A stretch of DNA of 64,000 bases from a virus (taxonomy: Duplodnaviria; Caudoviricetes): the IMG/VR virus record IMGVR_UViG_2806310948_000001, positions 1 through 64,000 of that record; one strand, given 5' to 3'. Each line of letters begins with the position of its first letter. The first letter of the stretch is position 1. Made by a program: the position numbers and the translations under genes. Of the stretch, positions 27,261 to 37,037 are shown in pieces. The notes under the pieces are model-generated. The model had not been told where the DNA came from, searched no databases, and saw only the letters and a list, made by a program, of their open reading frames with translations.

Positions 27261-27335
27261 AATGTAAACCTTTGGACGGGAGGGATATAAATGTAAAGGT
27301 AAAATGCTCCTTTAGAAAAATAAAGGAGATTATAC

Positions 27336-28715
27336 ATGAATGGAATAATCATACTGTTTGTTTATGCAGTAATCATGATACTGGCGACAGTGACCATGAC
27401 TAAAAAAGAAAAAAATGTAGTAAATTTTTGTGTTGGAAGCCGGTCTGAGAACTGGATCCTGTCCGCACTGAGTATTGCGGCGACGTGGATCTGGGCGCCG
27501 GCTTTGTTTGTTTCAACAGAAAAAGCATATTCGGCCGGATGGATTGGGCTTTTCTGGTTCTTAGTGCCAAATGCTTTATGCTTGGTGATATTTATTCCGT
27601 TTGCAAAGAGAATCCGGAAAGAAATGCCAGAGGGAATGACGCTTTCAGGTTACATGAAAGAGAAATACAGTTCTGATGGGGTAAAAAGAGTTTATCTTTT
27701 TCAGCTGATCGGACTGTCCATGCTGTCAACAGGTGTTCAGCTTCTTGCAGGAAGCCAGATCCTGAGTGCAGTTACAGGAATTTCATTTAGAACCATGACG
27801 ATCCTACTTGCCATTATTGCAATTTCGTACTCTTTGTTTTCTGGAATCAAAGCATCCATGCTGACCGATGCAATTCAAATGGTATTCATGCTTATAGCTT
27901 GTAGCCTATTTGTTATATTTGGATTGCGAAACACGGGCGCAGAGAGCATTTTACAGGGCATTAACGGCATATCTGGAGACTATGCAAAGCTATTCAGTGG
28001 AAAAGGAATGGAGATATTTCTTTCGTTTGGACTTCCGACAACTATCGGACTTATATCGGGACCATTTGGTGATCAGAGTTTCTGGCAGAGAGCCTTTGCC
28101 GTGAAGAAAGAGAAGCTGGGAAGAGCGTTTCTTCTTGGAGCGGTTCTTTTTGCGGTGGTTCCGCTGTCAATGGGAATCCTCGGACTAATGGGAGCAGGTA
28201 CAGGATATCAAGCACAGGACCTTGGAACCATTAATTTCGAGCTAATCCGGCATTTCTTTCCATCATGGGCGGTACTTCCATTTCTTTTTATGATTATTTC
28301 CGGATTGCTTTCTACGGTGGATAGTAATCTATGCGCTGTTTCTTCACTGACGACAGATCTGTCAGGCGGAAAGGATATCAGAAAAACCAGAACAGCAATG
28401 GTAGTTTTACTGGCAGCAGGAATCCTGATTGCAAATATACCGGGAATAACAGTTACGCACCTGTTTCTGTTCTATGGGACATTGAGAGCATCCACACTGT
28501 TACCAACAGTACTGACACTGAAAGGAGTTCGCCTGACATCTGGAGGAATAATCGCAGGAGTGATTACTTCATTGGCAGTAGGGCTTCCTGTATTCGCCTA
28601 CGGCAGCATCCTGAACAGTGGACCATATAAAACAATGGGAAGCCTCTTAACTGTCTTGTTAAGCGGTTTAGTGACCCTGATAGCAACCAGAACGGAGGCA
28701 GGACATGCTCGGTAG
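27336..28715 (+). CDS. Sodium:solute symporter family transporter
   Basis: About 12-13 hydrophobic helices; SIAATWIWAPAL, MLTDAIQ, DQSFWQRAFA, LLSTVDSNL. Confidence 0.88.
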   Translation: MNGIIILFVYAVIMILATVTMTKKEKNVVNFCVGSRSENWILSALSIAATWIWAPALFVSTEKAYSAGWIGLFWFLVPNALCLVIFIPFAKRIRKEMPEGMTLSGYMKEKYSSDGVKRVYLFQLIGLSMLSTGVQLLAGSQILSAVTGISFRTMTILLAIIAISYSLFSGIKASMLTDAIQMVFMLIACSLFVIFGLRNTGAESILQGINGISGDYAKLFSGKGMEIFLSFGLPTTIGLISGPFGDQSFWQRAFAVKKEKLGRAFLLGAVLFAVVPLSMGILGLMGAGTGYQAQDLGTINFELIRHFFPSWAVLPFLFMIISGLLSTVDSNLCAVSSLTTDLSGGKDIRKTRTAMVVLLAAGILIANIPGITVTHLFLFYGTLRASTLLPTVLTLKGVRLTSGGIIAGVITSLAVGLPVFAYGSILNSGPYKTMGSLLTVLLSGLVTLIATRTEAGHAR

Positions 28716-29481
28716 AAAACAGTCGATTCGAAATGAACAGCAATGGCAGGAAGCTATTGATCATATCGAAGAGACTGTATCGAAAAAAGAATTGGACCAG
28801 CTGATAAAAGTGACGGTCAAAACTATCAAAGAAAAATGTAAGGGTAAGAAAGTTGCTTACGCATGGAGCGCGGGCAAAGATTCGCTTGTGCTTGGAGAGA
28901 TATGTGAAAGAGCGGGCATTGATCAGAGCGTTCTGGTGAGATGCAATCTGGAATATCCGGCATTTATCGAATGGATTGATCAGAACAAACCTTCAGGATT
29001 GGAAATTATCAATACTGGTCAGGACTTGGAATGGCTCAGAAAGCATCCAGACATGCTGTTCCCGGATAAAAGCAACAAAGCGGCACAGTGGTTCCATATC
29101 GTACAGCACAGGGGACAAGCACGATATTATAAAGAGCATCAGTTAGAAATACTCCTGCTCGGACGCAGAAAGGCAGACGGCAATTATGTTGGAAAAGATA
29201 ATATCTACACTAATTCAGCCGGAATCACCAGATACAGCCCTCTTGCAGAGTGGAGGCACGAAGATATCCTTGCATACATTCACTATTATGACGTAAAGCT
29301 CCCGCCCATATATGACTGGGAGAAAGGATATTTATGCGGTACACATCCATGGCCTGCCAGACAGTACATGGAGACAGAACAGCAGGGATGGAAAGAAGTT
29401 TACGACATTGATAAGACCATAGTTGAAAATGCGGCACAGCATTTCGATGGAGCCAGAGAATTTTTAAAAGCTATCAAATAG
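28705..29481 (+). CDS. PAPS-reductase-like PP-loop (adenine nucleotide alpha-hydrolase) protein
   Basis: AWSAGKDS PP-loop, LLGRRKADG, RYSPLAEW. Confidence 0.85.
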   Translation: MLGRKQSIRNEQQWQEAIDHIEETVSKKELDQLIKVTVKTIKEKCKGKKVAYAWSAGKDSLVLGEICERAGIDQSVLVRCNLEYPAFIEWIDQNKPSGLEIINTGQDLEWLRKHPDMLFPDKSNKAAQWFHIVQHRGQARYYKEHQLEILLLGRRKADGNYVGKDNIYTNSAGITRYSPLAEWRHEDILAYIHYYDVKLPPIYDWEKGYLCGTHPWPARQYMETEQQGWKEVYDIDKTIVENAAQHFDGAREFLKAIK

Positions 29482-29530
29482 CCGGTTGCAGCCGGAAGCC
29501 ATTGCCCTTCAGAAATGGAGGACAAGCAAG

Positions 29531-30184
29531 ATGAAAGTAACAATCAAAAAATTGAGTGTTCTGAAGCATCCTGAGAAAAATGTCAGGATTCATTCAGAAC
29601 AGCAGATCAGGGAACTGAAGAGATCACTTGAAAAGTTTGGTCAGACACGAGCACTGGTCATTGATGAAAACAATATCATTCTGATTGGTAACGGTTTGTA
29701 TGAAGCTATGGTGAGTCTTGGCTATCAGGAAGCAACTGTATATGTAAAAGCAGGGCTTTCTGAGAACGATAAAAAGAAACTCATGATAGCTGATAATAAG
29801 ACCTATGCTCTTGGAATCGACAATCTGGAAACCCTGAATGAGTTCCTTGAGGAACTGCAGGGGGATCTGGATATCCCTGGATATGATGAAGAAATTTTAC
29901 AGCAGATGGTCGCTGATGCGGATGAAGTTACCGAAAAACTCTCTGAGTATGGAACTTTAGATGATTCCGAAATCCAGAAGATTAAAGAAGCAAATGAAAA
30001 GAGAGAACAGAAAGCCGCAGTGGATACACAATCAGCTGATAATGGAGAGAGTAGCCCGGAAAAGCCGAACCCGCAGAACGAACAGCCAGCAGAAGAGCAG
30101 AATGCCACTGAAACCGAACCAGAGATCACAGAGACCAGAAGGTTTGTTGTCTGCCCTAAATGCGGTGAGAGAATATGGCTGTAA
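29531..30184 (+). CDS. ParB N-terminal-domain protein with C-terminal CPKCG
   Basis: HPEKNVRIH...SLEKFGQ...IIDENNIILIGNG...IADNK. Confidence 0.85.
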   Translation: MKVTIKKLSVLKHPEKNVRIHSEQQIRELKRSLEKFGQTRALVIDENNIILIGNGLYEAMVSLGYQEATVYVKAGLSENDKKKLMIADNKTYALGIDNLETLNEFLEELQGDLDIPGYDEEILQQMVADADEVTEKLSEYGTLDDSEIQKIKEANEKREQKAAVDTQSADNGESSPEKPNPQNEQPAEEQNATETEPEITETRRFVVCPKCGERIWL

Positions 30185-31314
30185 AACGCTGCGAATCAAA
30201 CATTGATGTTGTGAAGGCTGCGGAAATCCGAATAAAAAATGTATTTGGAAATGGTCTGCCAGTGTTCTTTTCTTTCAGTGGGGGAAAGGACAGCTTGTGC
30301 TTGGCACAGTTAATGGTAAACCTAGCCAACCGTGGCGAGATTAACATGAAACAGCTTACCGTGCAATTCATAGATGAAGAAGCAATATTTCCTTGCATGG
30401 AAGAAATGACAAAGAAATGGCGCAGAATCTTTATGATGATGGGAGCTAAATTTGAATGGTATTGTGTAGAAGTAAAACATTACAATTGCTTTAACGAGCT
30501 GTCGAATGACGAGACATTTATTTGCTGGGATTCAACAAAGCAGGATGTGTGGGTACGACAGCCTCCTTCTTTTGCAATAAGGAGTCATAAACTGTTAAGA
30601 CCGAGGATTGATGCTTATCAGGATTTCCTGCCGCGAACTACTGTATCAGGTATTACGATGGTCGGAATCCGTACAGCGGAATCCGTGCAGCGTCTTCAGA
30701 ATATTGCGTCTATGACAAAAGCCGGAAACAGAATGACATCCAAGAAGCAGGTATTTCCAATCTACGACTGGACTGATAATGATGTATGGCTTTTCTTACT
30801 GAGGAACTATGTAGATATCCCGGAGATATATCTGTTTCTCTGGCAGTCAGGATCCAGTAAACGTCAGATGCGGGTATCGCAGTTTTTTTCTGTTGATACA
30901 GCCAGAAGCCTTGTGAAGATGAATGAGTATTATCCAGATCTTATGGAGAGGGTCATTCGGAGAGAGCCGAACGCATATCTGGCCGCCCTGTACTGGGATA
31001 GCGAGATGTTTGGCAGAAGTTCCAGAAAGCGGAAAGAATCTGAACAGGGACAGGAGCAGAAAGATTACAAACAGGAATTGATAAATCTGTTTGATCATAT
31101 GGAAATTTTTGATACTCCGCATAAACGGCATGTAGCAGAGAGATACCGTAATTTCTTTATTGCAGTATCTGCTATTGCAACACCGGAGGACTGCAAACAT
31201 ATTTACGAGGGTCTGATATCTGGTGATCCTAAGATGCGGACGTTCAGGGCACTGTATCAGAGAATATATGGACGGTATATCAATAACGCAAAGAAGGAGA
31301 GAAAACATGGATAG
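30175..31314 (+). CDS. PAPS-reductase-like protein, IbrA/YbdN-like
   Basis: SFSGGKDS, VGIRTAESVQR, FPIYDWTDNDVW. Confidence 0.85.
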   Translation: MAVKRCESNIDVVKAAEIRIKNVFGNGLPVFFSFSGGKDSLCLAQLMVNLANRGEINMKQLTVQFIDEEAIFPCMEEMTKKWRRIFMMMGAKFEWYCVEVKHYNCFNELSNDETFICWDSTKQDVWVRQPPSFAIRSHKLLRPRIDAYQDFLPRTTVSGITMVGIRTAESVQRLQNIASMTKAGNRMTSKKQVFPIYDWTDNDVWLFLLRNYVDIPEIYLFLWQSGSSKRQMRVSQFFSVDTARSLVKMNEYYPDLMERVIRREPNAYLAALYWDSEMFGRSSRKRKESEQGQEQKDYKQELINLFDHMEIFDTPHKRHVAERYRNFFIAVSAIATPEDCKHIYEGLISGDPKMRTFRALYQRIYGRYINNAKKERKHG

Positions 31315-31828
31315 TAAGTTAACAGCGCCGCTGTCCACGTTGCGTTGGGTGGACAGAAATTTATTAAAGCCGAATGACTATAACCCGAACAAAGTTTCGA
31401 AAGAGAACTTGAAACTGCTTATTCAGTCTATTCTTACGAACGGATGGACACTTCCGATAGTAGTCCGACCGGATATGACGATCATTGATGGCTTTCATAG
31501 ATGGACAGTTGCAGGAATGGAGCCTTTGCTTTCAAAACTGGATGGCAAGGTTCCTATAGTTATTGTGGAGCATAAAGAGCATTCAGAAGATATTTACGGT
31601 ACCGTTACTCATAACAGGGCAAGAGGTACGCATTTGTTGGAACCTATGAAGAAAATCGTAAAAGAACTCATGGATGAAGGCAAAACTGTAGAAGAAATCG
31701 GTAAACAGCTTGGAATGAGACCGGAAGAAATCTTCCGATTGTCTGATTTTTCAAAAGAAGACTTCTTGAAGATGATGACAAAAGGGGTGACGGGCTATTC
31801 AAAAGCTGAATTTATCACAAAAATTTAA
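31307..31828 (+). CDS. ParB/Srx-like protein, IbrB/YbdM-like
   Basis: PNDYNPN, NGWTLPIVV, IIDGFHR, TVTHNRARG. Confidence 0.88.
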   Translation: MDSKLTAPLSTLRWVDRNLLKPNDYNPNKVSKENLKLLIQSILTNGWTLPIVVRPDMTIIDGFHRWTVAGMEPLLSKLDGKVPIVIVEHKEHSEDIYGTVTHNRARGTHLLEPMKKIVKELMDEGKTVEEIGKQLGMRPEEIFRLSDFSKEDFLKMMTKGVTGYSKAEFITKI

Positions 31829-31859
31829 CGATGTTCTATTGCACATAGAACAAAAAGCG

Positions 31860-31887
31860 GGGAGAGGGAGTACAACCTCTCCCTTTT
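31860..31887 (+). terminator. Hairpin plus T4 between the cassette and terS
   Basis: GGGAGAGG-N8-CCTCTCCC-TTTT. Confidence 0.55.
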
Positions 31888-31927
31888 GCATATGCCGAAA
31901 TAAGATGATGGAAGGGAGGGGTGTCCA

Positions 31928-32728
31928 TTGGCAAGGGCAAGAAGTCCCAACAGCATTGAAGCTGAGGAAATGTATAAGAGAGGGATGAAACTTGTTGACA
32001 TTGCCAAGAAGTTGGATGTTCCTGCCAGTACAGTTCGACGCTGGAAATCAACCCAGAATTGGGATGGAGATACAAAAAAGAAAAAAAGCGAACGCTCGCC
32101 AAAGAAAAAAGCGAACGCTCGGCATAAAGGCGGACAGCTTGGAAACAAAAATGCTGTAGGAAACAAAGGCGGTCCCCTAAAGCCGGGAGATAAGATCGCA
32201 GAGAAACACGGGGCGTATTCTTCTGTCTATTGGGACGTCCTTGATGAGTCTGAAAAAGATATGATCGAAGATATCCCGATGGATGAAGAAATGCTCCTGA
32301 TCGAACAGATTCAGCTCTTTGCCGTGAGGGAAAGACGAATCATGGCGGCAATCAATAAATACCGGAATATGAATGGAGAAGTATCTTTGTTCGGCTTCAC
32401 CAGAACTGAAGACAAGCGAGCTTTCAAATCGGATGAAGATAAACAGCTCTATGAAGAACGCATTGAAGAAAAGGTTGCTTCTGGAGATCGTCTTCCGGGT
32501 AACACATATAACATGATGACAAATATGGAAAACAAGGATAATATGATCGCCAGACTTGAAAAAGAGCTGTCAACTGTGCAGTCGAAGAAGACCAAAGCCA
32601 TTGAGGCACTTGCGAAGCTGAGACTGGAGAAGCAGAAGATTGCCGGAGAAAGCAAGGGCAATGAGGTTGTTCGTGCATGGGCTGAAGCTGTAGTGAAAGC
32701 AAGGAGGGAAGAGAAACATGATGGATGA
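31928..32728 (+). CDS. terS: Terminase small subunit
   Basis: N-terminal HTH (LVDIAKKLDVPASTVRRWK), GGQLGNKNAVGN, KHG; precedes terL. Confidence 0.85.
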   Translation: MARARSPNSIEAEEMYKRGMKLVDIAKKLDVPASTVRRWKSTQNWDGDTKKKKSERSPKKKANARHKGGQLGNKNAVGNKGGPLKPGDKIAEKHGAYSSVYWDVLDESEKDMIEDIPMDEEMLLIEQIQLFAVRERRIMAAINKYRNMNGEVSLFGFTRTEDKRAFKSDEDKQLYEERIEEKVASGDRLPGNTYNMMTNMENKDNMIARLEKELSTVQSKKTKAIEALAKLRLEKQKIAGESKGNEVVRAWAEAVVKARREEKHDG

Positions 32729-34187
32729 TACGGCGTTCTCTGAGTTCCTTGACGAAAGCATTCCCTTGTGGCGTGATGATCCAGTCATGTTTTTTCGGGA
32801 AGTTCTGAATTTCGAACCAGATGAATGGCAGGCACAAGCAGCTAGAGACTTGGCTGCAAACCCAAAGGTAAGCATTAAATCCGGACAGGGTGTTGGAAAG
32901 ACTGGTCTTGAGGCAGCGGTGTTCCTGTGGTTCGTTACCTGTTTTCCGCACCCAAGAATCGTTGCGACAGCACCAACCAAACAGCAGTTGCACGATGTCC
33001 TCTGGTCTGAGATTTCCAAGTGGATGAGCAAGTCCGAACTGCTCTCTATACTTCTAAAATGGACAAAGACATATGTTTATATGGTTGGAGAGGAAAAGCG
33101 TTGGTTTGGTGTTGCCAGGACTGCTACAAAGCCAGAGAATATGCAAGGTTTCCATGAAGATAACATGCTTTTTATCGTTGATGAAGCTTCCGGTGTTGCG
33201 GATCCAATCATGGAGGCTATCCTTGGTACCTTATCTGGAGCAAACAATAAACTTCTTCTGTGCGGAAACCCAACGAAGACATCTGGAACCTTTTATGATT
33301 CCCATACAAGAGACAGGGCATTGTACAAATGCCATACGGTTTCTTCTATGGACAGCACCAGAACAAATAAAGAGAACATAGATTCTCTTGTTCGAAAATA
33401 CGGATGGGATTCTAACGTGGTCCGTGTTCGTGTCAGGGGCGAGTTCCCGAACCAGGAGGACGACGTATTTATTCCGCTGAGCATTATTGAACAATGTAGC
33501 AGCAGGCTTTTAGAACTGGATGATACAGATGGAATGCAGTTTGTATCATTGGGGGTGGATGTGGCCCGTTTCGGAGATGATGAAACGATCATATATCGTA
33601 ATTATCATGGTCATTGCAAAATAGTCCGGAACAGGCGAGGACAGAACCTGATGGCCACTGTAGGGGATATCGTACAGGAATTCAAGAAGATATACAGAGA
33701 ACATCTAGCGTATGAAGGCAAGGTATATGTGCAGATTGATGATACAGGACTTGGAGGAGGCGTCACTGACCGACTAAAGGAAGTCCGGAAAGAACAAAAG
33801 CTGTACAAGATGCAAGTTATCCCGATAAATGCCGCTGAAAAGATTGAGACTGATACGGCAGCAGGTAAAGACGCAGCTGAAAGGTACAATAACCTGACTA
33901 CCGCTATGTGGGCCAGTATGCGAGATCTCCTTGATAACAAACAGATTGTTATTGAAGACGATGAGCAGACAATTGGTCAGCTTTCTTCCAGAAAATACAC
34001 CATGGCCAGTAATGGAAAGCTTGAGATTGAACCAAAAAAGGAAATGAAGAAAAGAGGACTTGATTCTCCTGACCGGGCAGATGCTCTTGCGTTGGCATTA
34101 TATCTCGGAAAGATTAAGAAGCATACCGGTAGTGCACCAAGTGTTGGCACGATGAAGAAATTGTCAAAAGATAATTATTGGGGCTGA
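32718..34187 (+). CDS. terL: Terminase large subunit
   Basis: Walker A SGQGVGKT, Walker B FIVDEA, GNP motif III, nuclease GVDVARFGDD and SPDRADA. Confidence 0.95.
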   Translation: MMDDTAFSEFLDESIPLWRDDPVMFFREVLNFEPDEWQAQAARDLAANPKVSIKSGQGVGKTGLEAAVFLWFVTCFPHPRIVATAPTKQQLHDVLWSEISKWMSKSELLSILLKWTKTYVYMVGEEKRWFGVARTATKPENMQGFHEDNMLFIVDEASGVADPIMEAILGTLSGANNKLLLCGNPTKTSGTFYDSHTRDRALYKCHTVSSMDSTRTNKENIDSLVRKYGWDSNVVRVRVRGEFPNQEDDVFIPLSIIEQCSSRLLELDDTDGMQFVSLGVDVARFGDDETIIYRNYHGHCKIVRNRRGQNLMATVGDIVQEFKKIYREHLAYEGKVYVQIDDTGLGGGVTDRLKEVRKEQKLYKMQVIPINAAEKIETDTAAGKDAAERYNNLTTAMWASMRDLLDNKQIVIEDDEQTIGQLSSRKYTMASNGKLEIEPKKEMKKRGLDSPDRADALALALYLGKIKKHTGSAPSVGTMKKLSKDNYWG

Positions 34188-34204
34188 TATAGCCAGAAAG
34201 AGAG

Positions 34205-35581
34205 GTGATGAAGATGAAAGAGTATGGACGGATTGGACAGAAACGCTGGGAAGGCGTGTTTAATGAAGAGTTTCTTCCTGAGCTGTCTGGAATAAGAGGC
34301 ATAAAGACATATCGTGAAATGTTGGATAATGACGATACGATTGGAGCGATAATGTTTGCTATTAAGATGCTGATTCGCCAGGTTAAATGGCATGTTGAGC
34401 CGGGTGGCGATAGTGCAAAGGATCGAGAGGCAGCAGAATTTGTAGAATCGTGTATGGACGATATGCAGAATACATGGACTGACACCATCTCAGAGATTTT
34501 ATCATTCCTCGCATATGGTTGGAGCTTCCATGAAATTGTCTACAAGCGCAGGATGGGAAAAACAAAAAATCGAAAAACATCAAGTAAATATTCGGATGGA
34601 CTGATTGGATGGCAGAAGATTCCGCCCAGAGCGCAGGATACGTTGTACAGATGGGAATATGACGATAAAGACAACTTGATCGGAATGACTCAGCAACCTC
34701 CGCCGGATTATGGATTGCTTACCATCCCGATCAGCAAAGCAATGTTGTTCAGAACAGAGAGCATAAAAGACAATCCTGAGGGACGAAGCATTCTGAGAAA
34801 CGCCTATCGGTCATGGTACTTCAAGCGCCGCATACAGGAAATCGAGGCAATTGGAATCGAAAGAGACCTTGCCGGACTTCCGGTGTTGCACGCACCAGAT
34901 GGTGTAGACATATGGGACGATAAAGACCCTGAGTTGGTATCTATTAATGCAGCACTTACATCCATGGTCAAGAACATCCGCAGAAACGAATATGAAGGGC
35001 TTGTTCTTCCAGCTGGATATGAAGCTGAACTCCTGAGCACTGGTGGAACCAGACAGTTTGACACGAATGCCATTATCAACAGATATGATGCAAAGATCGC
35101 GCAGACTGTTATGGCGGATTTCATCATGCTGGGGCATGAGCAGACAGGAAGCTTTGCGCTGAGTGAAGATAAAACAGAACTGTTCGCAGTTGCTCTTGGG
35201 GCGTTCTTGGATGTCATATGTGAAACATTCAATAATCAGGGCATTCCATCCCTGATCGATATGAATGGCGCTCATTTTGATGCAATAACAGATTATCCAC
35301 AGCTTGCACATGGCGATGTGGACAAGAGAGATATCACGAAGCTGTCTACATTCCTGAAAGACATGGTTGGAGTTGGAATCCTTATCCCAGATGAAGACCT
35401 TGAGGATTATGTAAGAGAAGTTGCCAACCTGCCGGAGAGAACGCTGTCAGATGATCCTAGAAATAAGGATGAACAGCGGGAAGCACAGAGAAGGTCGCCG
35501 GAAAAAGAAGGCAAAACATCAGAAGTTGAGCCTGAGGAAAATCAGGAAATCGAAGAAGCGAAGAAACGGTTAGGCAGGTGA
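34205..35581 (+). CDS. Portal protein (DUF935/Mu gp29-like)
   Basis: Size and position; GRSILRNAY, IGIERDLAGLP. Confidence 0.85.
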   Translation: MMKMKEYGRIGQKRWEGVFNEEFLPELSGIRGIKTYREMLDNDDTIGAIMFAIKMLIRQVKWHVEPGGDSAKDREAAEFVESCMDDMQNTWTDTISEILSFLAYGWSFHEIVYKRRMGKTKNRKTSSKYSDGLIGWQKIPPRAQDTLYRWEYDDKDNLIGMTQQPPPDYGLLTIPISKAMLFRTESIKDNPEGRSILRNAYRSWYFKRRIQEIEAIGIERDLAGLPVLHAPDGVDIWDDKDPELVSINAALTSMVKNIRRNEYEGLVLPAGYEAELLSTGGTRQFDTNAIINRYDAKIAQTVMADFIMLGHEQTGSFALSEDKTELFAVALGAFLDVICETFNNQGIPSLIDMNGAHFDAITDYPQLAHGDVDKRDITKLSTFLKDMVGVGILIPDEDLEDYVREVANLPERTLSDDPRNKDEQREAQRRSPEKEGKTSEVEPEENQEIEEAKKRLGR

Positions 35582-35585
35582 ACAT

Positions 35586-36524
35586 ATGCTGAAGATGCGG
35601 GCAAGGTCTCGAATGATTAAAAAAAGCGTAGAATCACAGAAGGTTCTTGAAGCCCTTGATAATTATCTTGAGAGTAACCTGGAAGAGCCGATGAAATGGC
35701 TTGTAAGGTTCTGGAAAGATCAGGCAGCGGTAATGTTATACAAAGACCTTAGAGAAATCGTGATAGGAGAAGCGGATCCACAGAGCCTGTTCGACCAATG
35801 GTTCTCTGATTATTCCGTTTTTCTTTCCTCGAAAATGACAGCATCATGGGAAAGTGCTTATTTTGCAGCATGGAATTCAACAGCTGAATTTGTTGCTCTG
35901 GAAGAAAAGGTTAGTTCAGAAATCTATGTGAGAGATTGGATTATAAATCGAACGGGTAATTTGATTACGAATGTCTGTAGTGATCAGGTGAATGCAGTCC
36001 GCTATTTGATTGCAGAAGCTCAATCATTAGGTATGAGCAGTGATGAAACTGCTCGATATATCCGGCCAACGGTTGGCTTGACGGAGAGGCAGGCAGCAGC
36101 GAATCTGAGGCATTATAACAGTGTGAAGACTCAGTTGAGAGCAGATCATCCACGCATGAAAGAAGAATCTATTGAGAGAAAGGCCAGAACAGCGGCTGCG
36201 AAGTATGCTGAACGACAACAGCGATATAGAGCTGAAACGATTGCCAGGACAGAAATTGCACAGGCATACAATGCGGGAGCAGATGCTTTCATCAGAGAAG
36301 CCATGCGGCATGATTTGATGCCGGAAATGAAGAAAGAATGGTCAACTGCTCTGGATGGGAGAGTGTGCAAAGAGTGCCAAGCTCTTGAGGGCGTACAGAT
36401 TAGTATGGATGATAGTTTTGAGACACAGTCAGGAAGAAGGAATGTAACAGTATTATTGCCGCCATTGCATCCTCGGTGCAAATGTGCGGTCAAATATGTG
36501 GAGGCAACATATGAAATCGTTTAA
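35586..36524 (+). CDS. Minor head protein (Mu gpF/SPP1 gp7-like)
   Basis: IARTE, KEWSTALDGRVCKEC, PPLHPRCKC. Confidence 0.88.
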   Translation: MLKMRARSRMIKKSVESQKVLEALDNYLESNLEEPMKWLVRFWKDQAAVMLYKDLREIVIGEADPQSLFDQWFSDYSVFLSSKMTASWESAYFAAWNSTAEFVALEEKVSSEIYVRDWIINRTGNLITNVCSDQVNAVRYLIAEAQSLGMSSDETARYIRPTVGLTERQAAANLRHYNSVKTQLRADHPRMKEESIERKARTAAAKYAERQQRYRAETIARTEIAQAYNAGADAFIREAMRHDLMPEMKKEWSTALDGRVCKECQALEGVQISMDDSFETQSGRRNVTVLLPPLHPRCKCAVKYVEATYEIV

Positions 36525-36987
36525 TGAAATCATGAAGATAAGAGATGAACCGGAATCGAAAGACATACCGGTTGAAAAAAGAAAATTTCAGATCAAGAAA
36601 TCCGATGATGAAAAAATGCAGGCGTTCGGATGGGCCAATATTTCGATTACCGCAGATGGAGAAGTGCTGGAAGACCTGCAGCATGACATCATCGAACCAG
36701 AGGAACTGGAGCAGGCGGCGTACAAATTTGTTGATCTTTACCGGGAAGGTGGAGAGATGCATATAAGAGGCGGCGTTGCCAGACTGATTGAAAGTGCAGT
36801 ATTTACAAAAGAAAAGATGGAAGCTATGGGTATTCCAGAGGGAACACTTCCAACGGGATGGTGGATCGGTTTTCAGGTAACAGATGCCGATGTATGGGAA
36901 AAGGTTAAAGATGGAACATACTCCATGTTTTCTATAGAGGGAGAAGCAAAGAGAGTAGAAGTGGAAGATGAAGAATCTGATCAATAG
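36511..36987 (+). CDS. XkdF-like putative prohead protease domain protein
   Basis: AFGWA...DLQHD...GEMH...WWIGF...YSMFSIEG. Confidence 0.8.
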   Translation: MKSFNEIMKIRDEPESKDIPVEKRKFQIKKSDDEKMQAFGWANISITADGEVLEDLQHDIIEPEELEQAAYKFVDLYREGGEMHIRGGVARLIESAVFTKEKMEAMGIPEGTLPTGWWIGFQVTDADVWEKVKDGTYSMFSIEGEAKRVEVEDEESDQ

Positions 36988-37008
36988 GCACCGGAAACGG
37001 TGCTTTTT
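36987..37008 (+). terminator. Short hairpin plus T run after the XkdF-like gene
   Basis: GCACC-GGAAAC-GGTGC-TTTTTT. Confidence 0.45.
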
Positions 37009-37037
37009 TGATAAATAAAGCGAAAGGAGGGAATAAC

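Noticed and set aside
27205-27335. Known riboswitch ahead of the symporter
   Set aside because: No match by eye to preQ1, TPP, SAM, lysine, glycine or T-box consensus; only generic hairpins.
28705-31314. PAPS reductase-like genes as sulfate-assimilation auxiliary metabolic genes
   Set aside because: No ECGLH catalytic tail or Fe-S motif and no other cys genes; the ParB/terminase context points elsewhere.
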